From an uncultured Gallionellaceae bacterium (GTDB lineage: Bacteria; Pseudomonadota; Gammaproteobacteria; Burkholderiales; Gallionellaceae), in the NCBI GenBank assembly GCA_903847155.1, contig CAINCU010000035.1:2008-66007 (forward strand): a stretch of DNA of 64,000 nt, read 5' to 3'. Positions 37,715-47,394 of this stretch are shown piece by piece. Position 1 is the first letter of the stretch. Each line of letters starts with the position of its first letter. The notes under the pieces were generated by a model. The model was not told where the DNA came from. It searched no databases and saw only the letters and a list, made by a program, of their open reading frames with translations. The position numbers were made by a program, and so were the translations under genes.

Positions 37715-37896
37715 GCAAGCCACTTATCGTCATTTGTCCGCACTGCGGCAAGGAACATGTATGGGACACTAGCAACCGCTTCCGCCCGTTTTGCTGCGAA
37801 CGCTGCAAAATGATCGATCTGGGAAAATGGGCGAACGAAGAATATCGCGTTGAACAACGCGAACAAGACTTACCGAAAACCGATCACCAAGCCTGA
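37711..37896 (+). CDS. yacG: DNA gyrase inhibitor YacG (zinc finger)
   Basis: 61 aa with CPHCGK...FCCERCKMIDLGKW. Its ATGA start overlaps the zapD stop. Confidence 0.85.
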   Translation: MSKPLIVICPHCGKEHVWDTSNRFRPFCCERCKMIDLGKWANEEYRVEQREQDLPKTDHQA

Positions 37897-38912
37897 CGCA
37901 ACAGCGCAATTCCATGCGCGCCATGTTGCCACGCAGTCTGCATATCTTCATGCTTCAACCCGCCAAGCGCATACACCGGAATAGACAAACCCGCCGCAAT
38001 AGCCGCGAAGTTATCCCAACCCAGATGCGGCGCATCCGGATGGGATTGTGTCGACAGTACCGGAGACAGCAAGGCGAAGTCGCAGCCTAACGCTTCCGCA
38101 CGACGCAGTTCTTCCGCGTTGTGACATGAAGCTGCACACCAATCCACAGCAGGACGCTGGTGAAGTTCGGCAAGTTGTGCCGAGGTCAGATGCACGCCAT
38201 CTGCACCCACCTCGTTTGCCATCTGCACATCGCCATTAAGCAACACCCGCGCACCTCGCGTATGCGCCAGCGCCACCACGCGCTGCGCCAATTCGCGCAA
38301 CGTATCGCCTGAAAGATTTTTTTCACGCAACTGCACAATCTGAAGACCCGCATTCAGCTTGGCTTGCAGCCTCGTTAAGAATAACTCCACACCCAGTTCG
38401 GTGGCATTGCTGATGGCATACAGGGTGGGCAGCTCCAGCGCGCGCAGGATGGGGGCGTTGGCGGGAAGCAGAGGTTCAACCGAAACTAGTCCCCTCTCCC
38501 CCCGGGAGAGGGCTAGGGTGAGGGAAGGTTGCCAAGCAAACTGCTGCCCCTCATGCGGATGCAACTCACCGCTCCACTCTGTCACGCGAAAAAAATTCAG
38601 GCGCACAGTGGCATGCGGATAAGTGAACACGCGGGTGAGCCACGGGTAGGCGGTTTGCACGGTGATGCCCAGCTCTTCGTGCAGCTCGCGCACCAGCGCA
38701 TCGTGCGCGGTCTCGCCCGGCTCGATCTTGCCGCCGGGGAACTCCCAATAACCTGCCCAGATTTTGTCGGGGGGGCGTTGGGCGAGCAGGAAGGAGCCGT
38801 CGGGGCGTTGGAGGACGGCGGCGGAGACTTCAATGATTTTGGTTTTATTGGTTGGGTTATTCAATGGAATATCATCCTCATTCATCCGTTCGTAGTGAGC
38901 TTGTCGAAGCAT
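37884..38912 (-). CDS. Nudix (MutT-like 8-oxo-dGTP diphosphatase) fused to a thiamine-phosphate-synthase-like (ThiE/TenI fold) domain
   Basis: Nudix box GGKIEPGETAHDALVRELHEELG and a C-terminal ThiE-like domain (VQLREK, ADGVHL, GCDFALLSPV, VYALGG). The start is ambiguous between 38912 and 38885. Confidence 0.8.
   Translation of the reverse strand: MLRQAHYERMNEDDIPLNNPTNKTKIIEVSAAVLQRPDGSFLLAQRPPDKIWAGYWEFPGGKIEPGETAHDALVRELHEELGITVQTAYPWLTRVFTYPHATVRLNFFRVTEWSGELHPHEGQQFAWQPSLTLALSRGERGLVSVEPLLPANAPILRALELPTLYAISNATELGVELFLTRLQAKLNAGLQIVQLREKNLSGDTLRELAQRVVALAHTRGARVLLNGDVQMANEVGADGVHLTSAQLAELHQRPAVDWCAASCHNAEELRRAEALGCDFALLSPVLSTQSHPDAPHLGWDNFAAIAAGLSIPVYALGGLKHEDMQTAWQHGAHGIALLRQAW
38488..38527. 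repeat. Palindromic GC-rich element translated in-frame in the Nudix/ThiE linker
   Basis: The sequence tagtcccctctccccccgggagagggctagggtgagggaa contains the stem ccctctccc/gggagaggg. It encodes LTLALSRGERGLVS between the two domains. Confidence 0.6.
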
Positions 38913-38947
38913 GAACGGACTCTTTCAATTCAAAATCACACCGTCGG

Positions 38948-39210
38948 GGGTAGCCCGACAGCTAGTTACTTTTTCTTGTTTCGCCAAGAAAAAGTAACCA
39001 AAAAGAAGGCGACCCCAATCCGCCATCCCTTCGGGATTCCCTGCGTTGCTCGACTGGTCAGGCTTCCTCATAAACTCGCACGATCCGCTGCGCGTCCACG
39101 TACTCAAACATATTCGTCAGAATTCCCTGACCAGCCTCCGCTACTCGGTGGCGGATGAGGGGATGGCAAAGCGAAAAACCAAAACCACAGCGTGGGCACT
39201 TCGTGCCCAC
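38948..39210 (+). repeat. Left copy of a ~265-bp structured repeat (inverted pair with 39918-40194)
   Basis: Near-identical to the reverse complement of 39918-40194 from accgtcgggggtagcccgacagctag to ggcacttcgtgcccac. It contains internal hairpins (gttactttttcttg/caagaaaaagtaac, ctggtcagg/cctgaccag, gtgggcac/gtgcccac). Confidence 0.85.
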
Positions 39211-39236
39211 GCTACTTGGCTGAAAGCGAAAACCCG

Positions 39237-39791
39237 TTAATCTGATACCCAAACGTAGTTCCAATGACCATTTGAATAGACGTAGACAATGCCTGTTGAT
39301 TCTAGAGTTCCTGAAATTACACTCATATGATTGCTAGTCAATTTTGAACGTTCATTTTTTCTAGTTATTGGGTCTTCCGCTGCCAAGGTACGTAGATAGG
39401 TTCCTGCTTTCTTAGGAGCAACGTAACAAAATTGGATCGTTTCGCAAAAGATTGGAAGTTGATAAATGCTCCATTTATCGCCTCTCTGGAGTGCCGCTAT
39501 CAACTGAGGTTCTTTTTTATTTGATGTTAGTAATACTACCACGTCTTCTTTTTTGTCCCCATCAAAATCTCCTTTCGCAACGGCATAACAGCCATCACCT
39601 CCATTACTAAGGTCATACCCAATACTTTGGTGATCCAGACCAGATAGATGGGGTATATGAAAATCAGGGAATTTACTCTCAAGTAATTTCACCAATTCCG
39701 GATTGATTTTATCAACGCATTCAATTGGCGCTGCTGCAATTGCGCAAGTAGAGAATGCATACAGTAGACACATTGGCAATACTCTAAGCAT
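39237..39791 (-). CDS. Secreted hypothetical protein with an FG-GAP/VCBS-like motif
   Basis: 184 aa with signal peptide MLRVLPMCLLYAFSTCAIAA and the motif GDFDGDKKEDVVVLL. The gene is strongly AT-richer than its neighbours. Confidence 0.6.
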   Translation of the reverse strand: MLRVLPMCLLYAFSTCAIAAAPIECVDKINPELVKLLESKFPDFHIPHLSGLDHQSIGYDLSNGGDGCYAVAKGDFDGDKKEDVVVLLTSNKKEPQLIAALQRGDKWSIYQLPIFCETIQFCYVAPKKAGTYLRTLAAEDPITRKNERSKLTSNHMSVISGTLESTGIVYVYSNGHWNYVWVSD

Positions 39792-39917
39792 ATGAGTTCC
39801 TATGAACTGGATTTTTCTATATTTAATTGGAGCACACTTGAGCCGCCAATGTACCTGAGCCGAATTGTTTTGACTATGAACTTCACGCTAGGCGCAATTG
39901 AAGCAATGCCTAGAAGA

Positions 39918-40194
39918 GTGGGCACGAAGTGCCTACGTGGTGGTTTGGTTTTGACTTTCGCTTTGCCTTCCCCTCATCCGCCACCGAGTAGCGCAGGCTG
40001 GTCAGGGAATTCTGACGAATATGTTTGAGCACGTGGACGCGCAGCGGATCGTGCGAGTTTATGAGGAAGCCTGACTAGCCGAGCAACGCAGGGAACCTCG
40101 AAGAGGTGGCGGATTGGGGTCGCCTTCTTTTTGGTTACTTTTTCTTGGCGAAGCAAGAAAAAGTGACTAGCTGTCGGGCTACCCCCGACGGTGT
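39918..40194 (-). repeat. Right copy of the ~265-277-bp structured repeat
   Basis: Reverse complement of 38948-39210 with a few substitutions and small indels. Confidence 0.85.
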
Positions 40195-40266
40195 TGTTTT
40201 TGATTGTTGGTAGAGCCTGCCCTTCGACAAGCTCAGGGCGAACGGAGTCGAGAGGCTACCGCCTCG

Positions 40267-41121
40267 CTACATTCTCCCGCACCAATCCCTCGCAAACTGC
40301 CCCGCCACCCGCCCACTCCGCGAACCCCTCATCAACGACCACTGCAACGCCGCCGTACGCACCTCATCCGTGAGCCCCTGCTTCCACCCGTGATGCGCTA
40401 ACCAATGCGCCGCCACCGCCAGATATTCATCCTGCGCAAACGGATAGAACGAAATCCACAAACCGAAGCGTTCGGACAGTGACACTTTCTCTTCCACACT
40501 TTCCGCCAGATGCACTTCATCGCCGACGTGTTTGGTGGCGAGGTTATCTTGCATGTAGTCCGGCATCAAGTGACGACGATTCGATGTGGCGTAGATCAAC
40601 AGGTTGTCGGAGAAGGCCACCAGATCGCCATCCAGCGCGGCTTTCAGTGACTGGTAACCGGGTTCGGCATCATTGAAGGAGAGGTCGTCGCAATACAGAA
40701 TGAAGCGCTCGGCGCGGCCTTGCACCAGACCGACGATGAACGACAGGTCGATCAAGCCTTGCTTGTCGATCTGGATCACGCGCAAACCTTGCTCGGCATA
40801 TTCGTTCAACAGCGCTTTCACCAGCGACGATTTGCCAGTACCGCGCGCACCGGAGAGCAGCACGTTGTTCGCTGTGCCGCCGCGCACAAATTGCAAGGTG
40901 TTCTGCTGGATGCGCTGTTTCTGGTCGTCAATGCCGAGCAGGTCATCAAGGGCGATGCGCTGGAAGTTGGAGACGGGATGCAATGTGCGTTGCTGGTGAT
41001 CCCAGCGGAAGGCGGCGGCGGCTTGCCAATCGGGGGCTTGCGGCTGCGCTCCGGGCAACACGTTTTCCAGGCGGGCGAGCAGGCCTTCGGCGCGGGTGAG
41101 GAATTGGTCGAGTTTATCCAT
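40267..41121 (-). CDS. DUF815-type AAA ATPase
   Basis: 284 aa with Walker A (GARGTGKSSLVKA) and Walker B (FILYCDDLSF). Confidence 0.8.
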   Translation of the reverse strand: MDKLDQFLTRAEGLLARLENVLPGAQPQAPDWQAAAAFRWDHQQRTLHPVSNFQRIALDDLLGIDDQKQRIQQNTLQFVRGGTANNVLLSGARGTGKSSLVKALLNEYAEQGLRVIQIDKQGLIDLSFIVGLVQGRAERFILYCDDLSFNDAEPGYQSLKAALDGDLVAFSDNLLIYATSNRRHLMPDYMQDNLATKHVGDEVHLAESVEEKVSLSERFGLWISFYPFAQDEYLAVAAHWLAHHGWKQGLTDEVRTAALQWSLMRGSRSGRVAGQFARDWCGRM

Positions 41122-41150
41122 GAATTAAATCCTAAAAACGCACCATGCCC

Positions 41151-41214
41151 GCAAGCCAATAGATTAGGCAATCTCCATAATGTGCATAGCGTAGATCGCC
41201 GATTGACGGGCGTT
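41151..41214 (-). repeat. REP-like element (full ~66-nt form) between argJ and the DUF815 gene
   Basis: gcaagccaatagattaggcaatctccataatgtgcatagcgtagatcgccgattgacgggcgtt. Confidence 0.75.
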
Positions 41215-41256
41215 GCGAGGCAGGTGTATTTAAAAACACTGCAACTTGCCGTTGCA

Positions 41257-42474
41257 TCAGCTGCGATAGCTGGCGTTGATCTTTACGTAGTCGTAAGAGA
41301 AATCGCAGGTCCACAGCGTGGCGTTTACCGCGCCGCGATTCAGCACGACACGGATGGTGATGTCGCTCTGTCCCATCACGCGCTGGCCGTCTTCTTCCTG
41401 ATAGCTTGCGGCCCGCCCGCCATTTTCGGCTACTAGCACATCGTCGAGATACAGCTTTAATGTTTCAACATTGAGATCAGTAACGCCTGCGTAACCGATG
41501 GCGGCGAGAATACGCCCGAGGTTGGGATCGGAGGCAAAAAACGCGGTCTTGACCAGCGGCGAGTGCGCGATGGCGTAGCCGATTTTTTTGCATTCGGCTT
41601 CGTCTTTACCACCTTCGATTTTGATGGTGATGAATTTGGTCGCGCCTTCGCCGTCGCGCACGATGGCTTGCGCCAGTGCGGTGGCGACTTCGGTGACGAC
41701 GGCCTGCATCTGCGCACGGCTCGCCTCGTTGATGGCAACGCCGCTCTTGCCGCTGGCGATCAGCATCAGCGCGTCGTTGGTGGAAGTGTCGCCATCCACG
41801 GTGATGCAGTTGAACGAACGGTTGGCCGCTTCGCTCACCATCTGTTGCAGCAGCGGTTGTACAATGGCGGCATCGGTAGCGATGTAGCCCAGCATGGTGG
41901 CCATGTTGGGATGGATCATGCCGGAGCCTTTGGACATGCCGGTGACGGTGACGGTCTTGCCGCCGATCTGCATCTGCTTGCTCACTGCCTTGGCCACGAT
42001 GTCGGTAGTCATGATGGCGTGCGCGGCATCGAACCAGTTGTCGGCTTTCAGGTTGGCAATCGCTTGCGGTATGCCGGCGACGATCTTCTCGACTGGCAGC
42101 GGCTCCATGATGACACCGGTGGAATACGGCAGCACTTGTTCGGGCGCGCAGCCCAGCAGTTTTGCTAGTGCAGCGCAGGTGGTGCGCGCGGCAACCATGC
42201 CCTGCTCACCGGTGCCGGCGTTGGCATTGCCGGTGTTGACGATCAAGGCGCGGATGCCTTTGTTCGTCGCCAGATGGTCTTTCGCCACAGTGACCGGTGC
42301 AGCGCAGAAACGGTTGGTGGTGAACACGCCCGCGACGGTCGCGCCTTCTTCCAGTTTGATGACCAACAAGTCCTTACGGTCGGCGCGCTTGATGCCCGCT
42401 TCTGCAGTACCCAAAGAAACGCCCGCAACGGGCAACAGTTGTGCCGCGACGGGCGCAGATAGATTCACCGGCAT
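41257..42474 (-). CDS. argJ: Bifunctional glutamate N-acetyltransferase / amino-acid acetyltransferase
   Basis: 405 aa with NTGNANAGTG, the autoprocessing site [11 protein letters not shown] and the C-terminal motif [16 protein letters not shown]. Confidence 0.95.
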   Translation of the reverse strand: MPVNLSAPVAAQLLPVAGVSLGTAEAGIKRADRKDLLVIKLEEGATVAGVFTTNRFCAAPVTVAKDHLATNKGIRALIVNTGNANAGTGEQGMVAARTTCAALAKLLGCAPEQVLPYSTGVIMEPLPVEKIVAGIPQAIANLKADNWFDAAHAIMTTDIVAKAVSKQMQIGGKTVTVTGMSKGSGMIHPNMATMLGYIATDAAIVQPLLQQMVSEAANRSFNCITVDGDTSTNDALMLIASGKSGVAINEASRAQMQAVVTEVATALAQAIVRDGEGATKFITIKIEGGKDEAECKKIGYAIAHSPLVKTAFFASDPNLGRILAAIGYAGVTDLNVETLKLYLDDVLVAENGGRAASYQEEDGQRVMGQSDITIRVVLNRGAVNATLWTCDFSYDYVKINASYRS

Positions 42475-42486
42475 TGTGAGCTTCCT

Positions 42487-42984
42487 TTAGAAACGTCCTT
42501 GGGTCTTGTAGATATAGTTGCTCAACTCGACAGATTCGGTGTTCATGCGTCGCACGATGCCATGCACATAGCGCACGATACCGCGCATCACGTAATACAA
42601 AATGGCGGGGTGCGTAGTCATGAGGGCTTCAAATTTGGAGCGCTCCAGCAACAATACCTTGCAATCCGTTTTGGCCACCACGGAGGCGCTGATCTGCGCA
42701 ACGTTGCCGCCCGTAAACGTGATAATCCCGGCTAGGTCGCCGGGTTGCAGCAAATGCAAAACAGCCTGTTCGCCACTTAAGGTTGCGATAGCTTCCACCT
42801 CGCCACTGGCCAGAACAATCAGGGAGTTTTTTAGTTTTTCCTCGCCCGGACGCAGCAAGGCCTCGCCCTTTTTGAAATCCTTGACCACGAATAACTGCCC
42901 CAAAATATCGATCTCGGCATCGCGCAATTCTTCGGTCAGCGTTGAATGGTGCAAGGTTTGCAAAATCAGATCATCCGTCAGCAT
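42487..42984 (-). CDS. Stand-alone cyclic-nucleotide-binding-like (CAP effector) domain protein
   Basis: 165 aa with a beta-roll pattern (FKKGEALLRPGEE...GEVE...LQPGDLAGI). No output domain. Confidence 0.7.
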   Translation of the reverse strand: MLTDDLILQTLHHSTLTEELRDAEIDILGQLFVVKDFKKGEALLRPGEEKLKNSLIVLASGEVEAIATLSGEQAVLHLLQPGDLAGIITFTGGNVAQISASVVAKTDCKVLLLERSKFEALMTTHPAILYYVMRGIVRYVHGIVRRMNTESVELSNYIYKTQGRF

Positions 42985-43011
42985 GTTTCACCCCCTGTCA
43001 TTTTGGTTGAT

Positions 43012-45726
43012 TTAATTCAATCTGCCATGGCACTGCTTGTATTTTTTCCCTGAGCCACACGGGCATGGGTCGTTACGTCCGACCTTTTCGCCCGTTCGTA
43101 CGAAAGGTGTGTGCTCCTCCGGTTGCGGCTCGGTTTGTGCCAACGCCTCTTCGTAATCGGCGTGATGATACTGCACATTTTCCGGCGCGTGGGGCACTTC
43201 CGCCGCCGCCACATCCGCTTCGCTGCGGATCTGCACGTTCATCAGGGTCTGCGTCACATCGCGCTTGATCGCCTCCAGCATGGAGGAAAATAATTCAAAC
43301 GCTTCACGCTTATATTCCTGCTTGGGATTTTTCTGCGCATAGCCGCGCAGATGGATACCCTGGCGCAGATGGTCCAGTGCTGCCAGATGTTCGCGCCAGT
43401 GCTGATCCAGACTCTGCAGCATGACGATACGCTCGTAGCCATGCATCACTTCATCGCCAACCTGATCCACTTTCGCCTGATATTGCTGGTGGGCGGCTTC
43501 AATGATGCGCGTCAGTAGACCGGCTTGATCGAGTTGCTTGTCCTGCTCCATCCACTCTGTCAGCGGCAGATGCAACTGGTACTCGGCAGCCAGCGCCTTT
43601 TCCAGACCCGGCACATCCCATTGCTCTTCCATGCTGCCGTGCGGCAGATGTTCGCCAAACATATCGTTCAATATGCCTTCGCGCATGGCATTGATTGTTT
43701 CGCTGATGTCGGTGCTTTCCAGCAATTCGGCGCGCTGTTGGTAGATCACTTTGCGCTGGTCGTTGGCGACATCGTCGTATTCGAGAATCTGCTTGCGCAT
43801 GTCGAAGTTGCGCGCTTCCACTTTGCGTTGCGCATTCTCGATGGCGCGCGTTACCCAGGTATGTTCGATCGCCTCACCTTCCGGCAACTTGAAGCGATTC
43901 ATGATCGCAGTCACACGGTCGGAAGCGAAGATGCGCAGCAACGGATCTTCCAGCGACAGATAGAAACGGCTAGAACCCGGATCGCCCTGGCGACCGGAAC
44001 GTCCGCGCAACTGGTTGTCCACGCGTCGCGATTCATGGCGCTCGGTGCCGATGATATGCAGGCCGCCGCTGGCGATGACCTGTTCATGGATCGGTTGCCA
44101 CGCGGCACGCAATTCCACGACGCGTTGCTCGCGCGTTGCCGCATCCAAGCTTTCGTCCATACGGATCAATTCGATGGGTTTTTCCACATTGCCGCCCAGC
44201 ACGATGTCGGTGCCTCGACCGGCCATGTTGGTGGCAATGGTGATCATCTTGGGGCTGCCGGCTTGTGCCACGATCTCGGCCTCGCGCGCATGCTGCTTGG
44301 CGTTCAGCACCTGGTGCGGCAGTTTGACTTTATCCAGCATGCCGGAGAGCAACTCAGAAGTCTCGATGGAAGTTGTGCCCACCAGTACTGGCTGTCCGCG
44401 CTCGTAACAATCTCGCACATCGGCGATTACGGCGGCGTATTTTTCCTTGGCGCTGAGGAAAACCTTGTCCATCAGGTCTTTGCGCACTGTGGGGCGGTGC
44501 GGCGGCACGATAACAGTTTCCAGATTGTAGATGGTTTGAAACTCGTAAGCCTCGGTATCCGCCGTGCCGGTCATGCCGGACAGTCTGTTGTACATGCGGA
44601 AATAATTCTGGAAGGTGATCGAAGCCAGCGTCTGGTTTTCCTTCTGGATCGGTACGCCTTCTTTGGCTTCAACAGCCTGATGCAAACCATCCGACCAGCG
44701 GCGTCCCGCCATCAGGCGTCCGGTGAATTCATCAACAATCATTACTTCGCCGTCCTGCACCACGTAATGCTGATCGAGGTGATACAAATTATGTGCACGC
44801 AAGGCAGCATAAAGATGATGAATCAGCGTAATGTTTGCCGGGTCATACAAGCTCCCGCCTACGGGCAGCAAACCCGCTTGCGTCAGAAGTATTTCGGCAT
44901 TTTCGTGCCCTGTTTCGGACAGCAATATCTGCTGATTTTTCTCATCCACGTTGTAGTCACCCGGCGCATTCTCATCCGCCTGACGACGGAGTTGCGGAAC
45001 CAACTTGTTAACGCGCACGTAGATGTCAACGTTGTCTTCGGCCTGCCCGGAAATAATGAGTGGAGTGCGCGCCTCGTCGATCAGGATGGAGTCCACTTCA
45101 TCCACCACTGCAAAATTCAAGCCGCGTTGGAAGCGCTCATCTGCCTGTGCCGCCATGTTGTCGCGCAGATAATCGAAACCGAATTCGTTGTTGGTGCCGT
45201 AGATAATGTCCGCAGCGTAGGCAGCCTGTTTATCCTCATGCTCCATGCTGGTCAGGATGACCCCGACAGTCAGGCCAAGGAATCGGTACAAGCGTCCCAT
45301 CCATTCCGCATCGCGCGCTGCCAGATAGTCGTTCACTGTCACTACATGCACGCCCTTGCCGGACAAAGCATTCAGGTAAGCAGGCAAGGTCGCCATCAGC
45401 GTCTTGCCCTCACCGGTGCGCATTTCGGCGATCTTGCCGTAATGCAACACCATGCCGCCTATCAATTGCACATCGAAGTGGCGCATCTGCAATACGCGTT
45501 TGCTGCCTTCGCGCACCACGGCGAACGCTTCCGGCAAGATCGCATCCAGCGCTTCACCCTGCTGCACACGCTGCTTAAATTCGACCGTTTTGGCCTGTAA
45601 TTGCGCATCCGACAAGGCGGCAATTTCAGCTTCACGCTCATTGATGCGGGTAACGGTTTGGCGGTATTGTTTAAGCAAGCGGTCATTGCGACTGCCGAAT
45701 ACGGATTTCAACAATTTTGAGATCAT
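43012..45726 (-). CDS. secA: Preprotein translocase ATPase SecA
   Basis: 904 aa from [19 protein letters not shown]. It carries Walker A (MRTGEGKT) and the DEVD box, and ends in the C-terminal zinc finger [14 protein letters not shown]. Confidence 0.97.
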   Translation of the reverse strand: MISKLLKSVFGSRNDRLLKQYRQTVTRINEREAEIAALSDAQLQAKTVEFKQRVQQGEALDAILPEAFAVVREGSKRVLQMRHFDVQLIGGMVLHYGKIAEMRTGEGKTLMATLPAYLNALSGKGVHVVTVNDYLAARDAEWMGRLYRFLGLTVGVILTSMEHEDKQAAYAADIIYGTNNEFGFDYLRDNMAAQADERFQRGLNFAVVDEVDSILIDEARTPLIISGQAEDNVDIYVRVNKLVPQLRRQADENAPGDYNVDEKNQQILLSETGHENAEILLTQAGLLPVGGSLYDPANITLIHHLYAALRAHNLYHLDQHYVVQDGEVMIVDEFTGRLMAGRRWSDGLHQAVEAKEGVPIQKENQTLASITFQNYFRMYNRLSGMTGTADTEAYEFQTIYNLETVIVPPHRPTVRKDLMDKVFLSAKEKYAAVIADVRDCYERGQPVLVGTTSIETSELLSGMLDKVKLPHQVLNAKQHAREAEIVAQAGSPKMITIATNMAGRGTDIVLGGNVEKPIELIRMDESLDAATREQRVVELRAAWQPIHEQVIASGGLHIIGTERHESRRVDNQLRGRSGRQGDPGSSRFYLSLEDPLLRIFASDRVTAIMNRFKLPEGEAIEHTWVTRAIENAQRKVEARNFDMRKQILEYDDVANDQRKVIYQQRAELLESTDISETINAMREGILNDMFGEHLPHGSMEEQWDVPGLEKALAAEYQLHLPLTEWMEQDKQLDQAGLLTRIIEAAHQQYQAKVDQVGDEVMHGYERIVMLQSLDQHWREHLAALDHLRQGIHLRGYAQKNPKQEYKREAFELFSSMLEAIKRDVTQTLMNVQIRSEADVAAAEVPHAPENVQYHHADYEEALAQTEPQPEEHTPFVRTGEKVGRNDPCPCGSGKKYKQCHGRLN

Positions 45727-45761
45727 GCTGTTATTTTCTTGGATTATTGTTATGAACAAAT

Positions 45762-45791
45762 AAAAAAGGGTGAGGTACGCACCTCACCCTT
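45762..45791 (-). terminator. Rho-independent terminator after the M23 peptidase gene, upstream of secA
   Basis: On the minus strand the stem aagggtgaggt-gcgt-acctcaccctt is followed by TTTTTTAT. Confidence 0.7.
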
Positions 45792-45808
45792 TGACTCAAC
45801 CTTTCGCG

Positions 45809-46732
45809 TCAACTGGCTGCTTTTTCCAGGAAGCGTACCGGGTTCTGGGCGATGCCTTTGTATCTCACTTCAAAATGCACGTGTGGGCCGGTAGAACGGC
45901 CTGTGCTACCAGACAAGGCAATTTCCTGCCCGCGCCGCACCATTTGCCCAACCTTGACCAAAAGCTTTGAGGCATGCGCGTAGCGCGTAGTGACATCATT
46001 GCCATGATCAATTTCAACCATATTACCATACTGCGGATGGGTCTCCGCATACACCACCACACCGCTGGCAGAGGCGTAAACTGGTGTGCCAGATGGCACC
46101 ATGTAATCGACCCCCTCGTGCATTGCATTCTCGCCGGTGAACGGATCGATGCGCCAGCCAAAATTGGAGGAATACCATGTGACTTTAACCGGTGCAGTTG
46201 TCGGTAGCATCTTCTTGTCCAGCCGATCTTGCTGCAACAATGTTTCCAGCGCCACCAGCTTATCGCTACGATCTCCCAACAATGAGCTCAATTTTGTCAA
46301 CTGCTGCTGCATCGAATCCAGAGAAATTTCTCTCTGGTTGGGGGAGGGAATATAAGGTCCCCCCTGCGGCGGAAGCTGTCCAAAGGAGAAGTCCTGAGGT
46401 TTCATGCCGCTCATCTTGGCTAAACGCGCACCCAAGCCATCCAAACGTTGGAGTTGCGCCTGCATCTGTCCCAGACGTACCGCCATTGCATCCAGACTTT
46501 GATGCAAATAGGTTTGTTGCTTCTGTTGCTCTGCCTGTTGTGCACTTGCCAACCACACCCGCAGTTCGTCACTTATTCCGCCTGGTTGCAGGCGCACGAT
46601 GGCGTACTGCGCACTTAGAACCGCAGCGATAAAAAGACCTAATACCATCATTCCGGCCACCAACAGATGTGTTCCTGTTAATGTCACGCTGTGCGCTTTT
46701 GCAAAACGATTCGAAACTAGAATAATATTCAC
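45809..46732 (-). CDS. M23 family metallopeptidase (murein DD-endopeptidase-like)
   Basis: An N-terminal TM helix, a coiled-coil region and a C-terminal LytM domain (HEGVDY, TGRSTGPHVHFEV). Confidence 0.85.
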   Translation of the reverse strand: MNIILVSNRFAKAHSVTLTGTHLLVAGMMVLGLFIAAVLSAQYAIVRLQPGGISDELRVWLASAQQAEQQKQQTYLHQSLDAMAVRLGQMQAQLQRLDGLGARLAKMSGMKPQDFSFGQLPPQGGPYIPSPNQREISLDSMQQQLTKLSSLLGDRSDKLVALETLLQQDRLDKKMLPTTAPVKVTWYSSNFGWRIDPFTGENAMHEGVDYMVPSGTPVYASASGVVVYAETHPQYGNMVEIDHGNDVTTRYAHASKLLVKVGQMVRRGQEIALSGSTGRSTGPHVHFEVRYKGIAQNPVRFLEKAAS

Positions 46733-46766
46733 AAACTTACCCCTCTAACGTGATCCCCAATTTACT

Positions 46767-47189
46767 GTGACACTTCGTCTGAGTGCATTTCTGGGCTCCA
46801 ACTCTAACCAAGGCCTGCTGCATCTCTCGCAGCGTGCCAAACTATTGGCTGTGTTGCAGCAGCACTATCAACAAGTCGTTCCGCCACCATTGATGCAAGC
46901 CAGTCGCGTGATGCAGTTGCACGGTCCAACGTTGATTCTTGCGGCAGACAATGGAGCTGTGGCCTCAAAATTACGCCAAATCAGCCCGGAAATAATTGCC
47001 ATATTTCAAAAAAGGGGAATTGAGGTTACTGGAATTCAAATTCGTGTGCAAGTGCGTACGCGCGCCACACCAGTCATTTCGTCCCCCAGAAAGCTAGACA
47101 AGAACGGGAAAAATGAACTGGAAAGTCTGGCGCTTACCTTGCAGGAAGGCCCGCTGAAAAATGCCCTGCGTCGTCTTGCACGACGTTAG
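46767..47189 (+). CDS. DUF721 (DciA-like) domain protein
   Basis: 140 aa with a GTG start. The pattern LILAADNGAVASKLRQISPEIIAIF is typical of DUF721, and the position between secA and lpxC is conserved in betaproteobacteria. Confidence 0.65.
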   Translation: MTLRLSAFLGSNSNQGLLHLSQRAKLLAVLQQHYQQVVPPPLMQASRVMQLHGPTLILAADNGAVASKLRQISPEIIAIFQKRGIEVTGIQIRVQVRTRATPVISSPRKLDKNGKNELESLALTLQEGPLKNALRRLARR

Positions 47190-47383
47190 AGAAGCACCCG
47201 CCAGGCAACCAAACCAAAACGCTCCAGCAGATACAGCGCCGCAAATACCAACAATACGTACAGAATGAACTGCCCAATTTGCACAGCAAAACGGAAATAG
47301 CGCGTGTCGCGGGTGAACAAGTAGGCGGCTAAAGTAGAAGCCAGTAGCAGCGCTGACAGTAACAGTGCGAGGCGGATAAGCAC
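47186..47383 (-). CDS. Candidate small membrane protein with two TM helices
   Basis: 65-aa hydrophobic ORF with a GTG start 11 nt after the lpxC stop. No clear SD. Confidence 0.35.
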   Translation of the reverse strand: MLIRLALLLSALLLASTLAAYLFTRDTRYFRFAVQIGQFILYVLLVFAALYLLERFGLVAWRVLL

Positions 47384-47394
47384 TGTTTTTAACG

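Noticed and set aside
38925-39264. Short ORFs (60-68 aa) inside the ~265-bp inverted repeats, with matching ORFs at 39792..40156
   Set aside because: They occur in both repeat copies on different strands, lack start context and look like translations of structured repeat DNA.
43525-45600. A 691-aa ORF on the plus strand
   Set aside because: It is entirely antisense to secA, which has unmistakable motifs. Its composition is His/Arg/Ala-rich and low-complexity, typical of shadow ORFs in GC-rich DNA.
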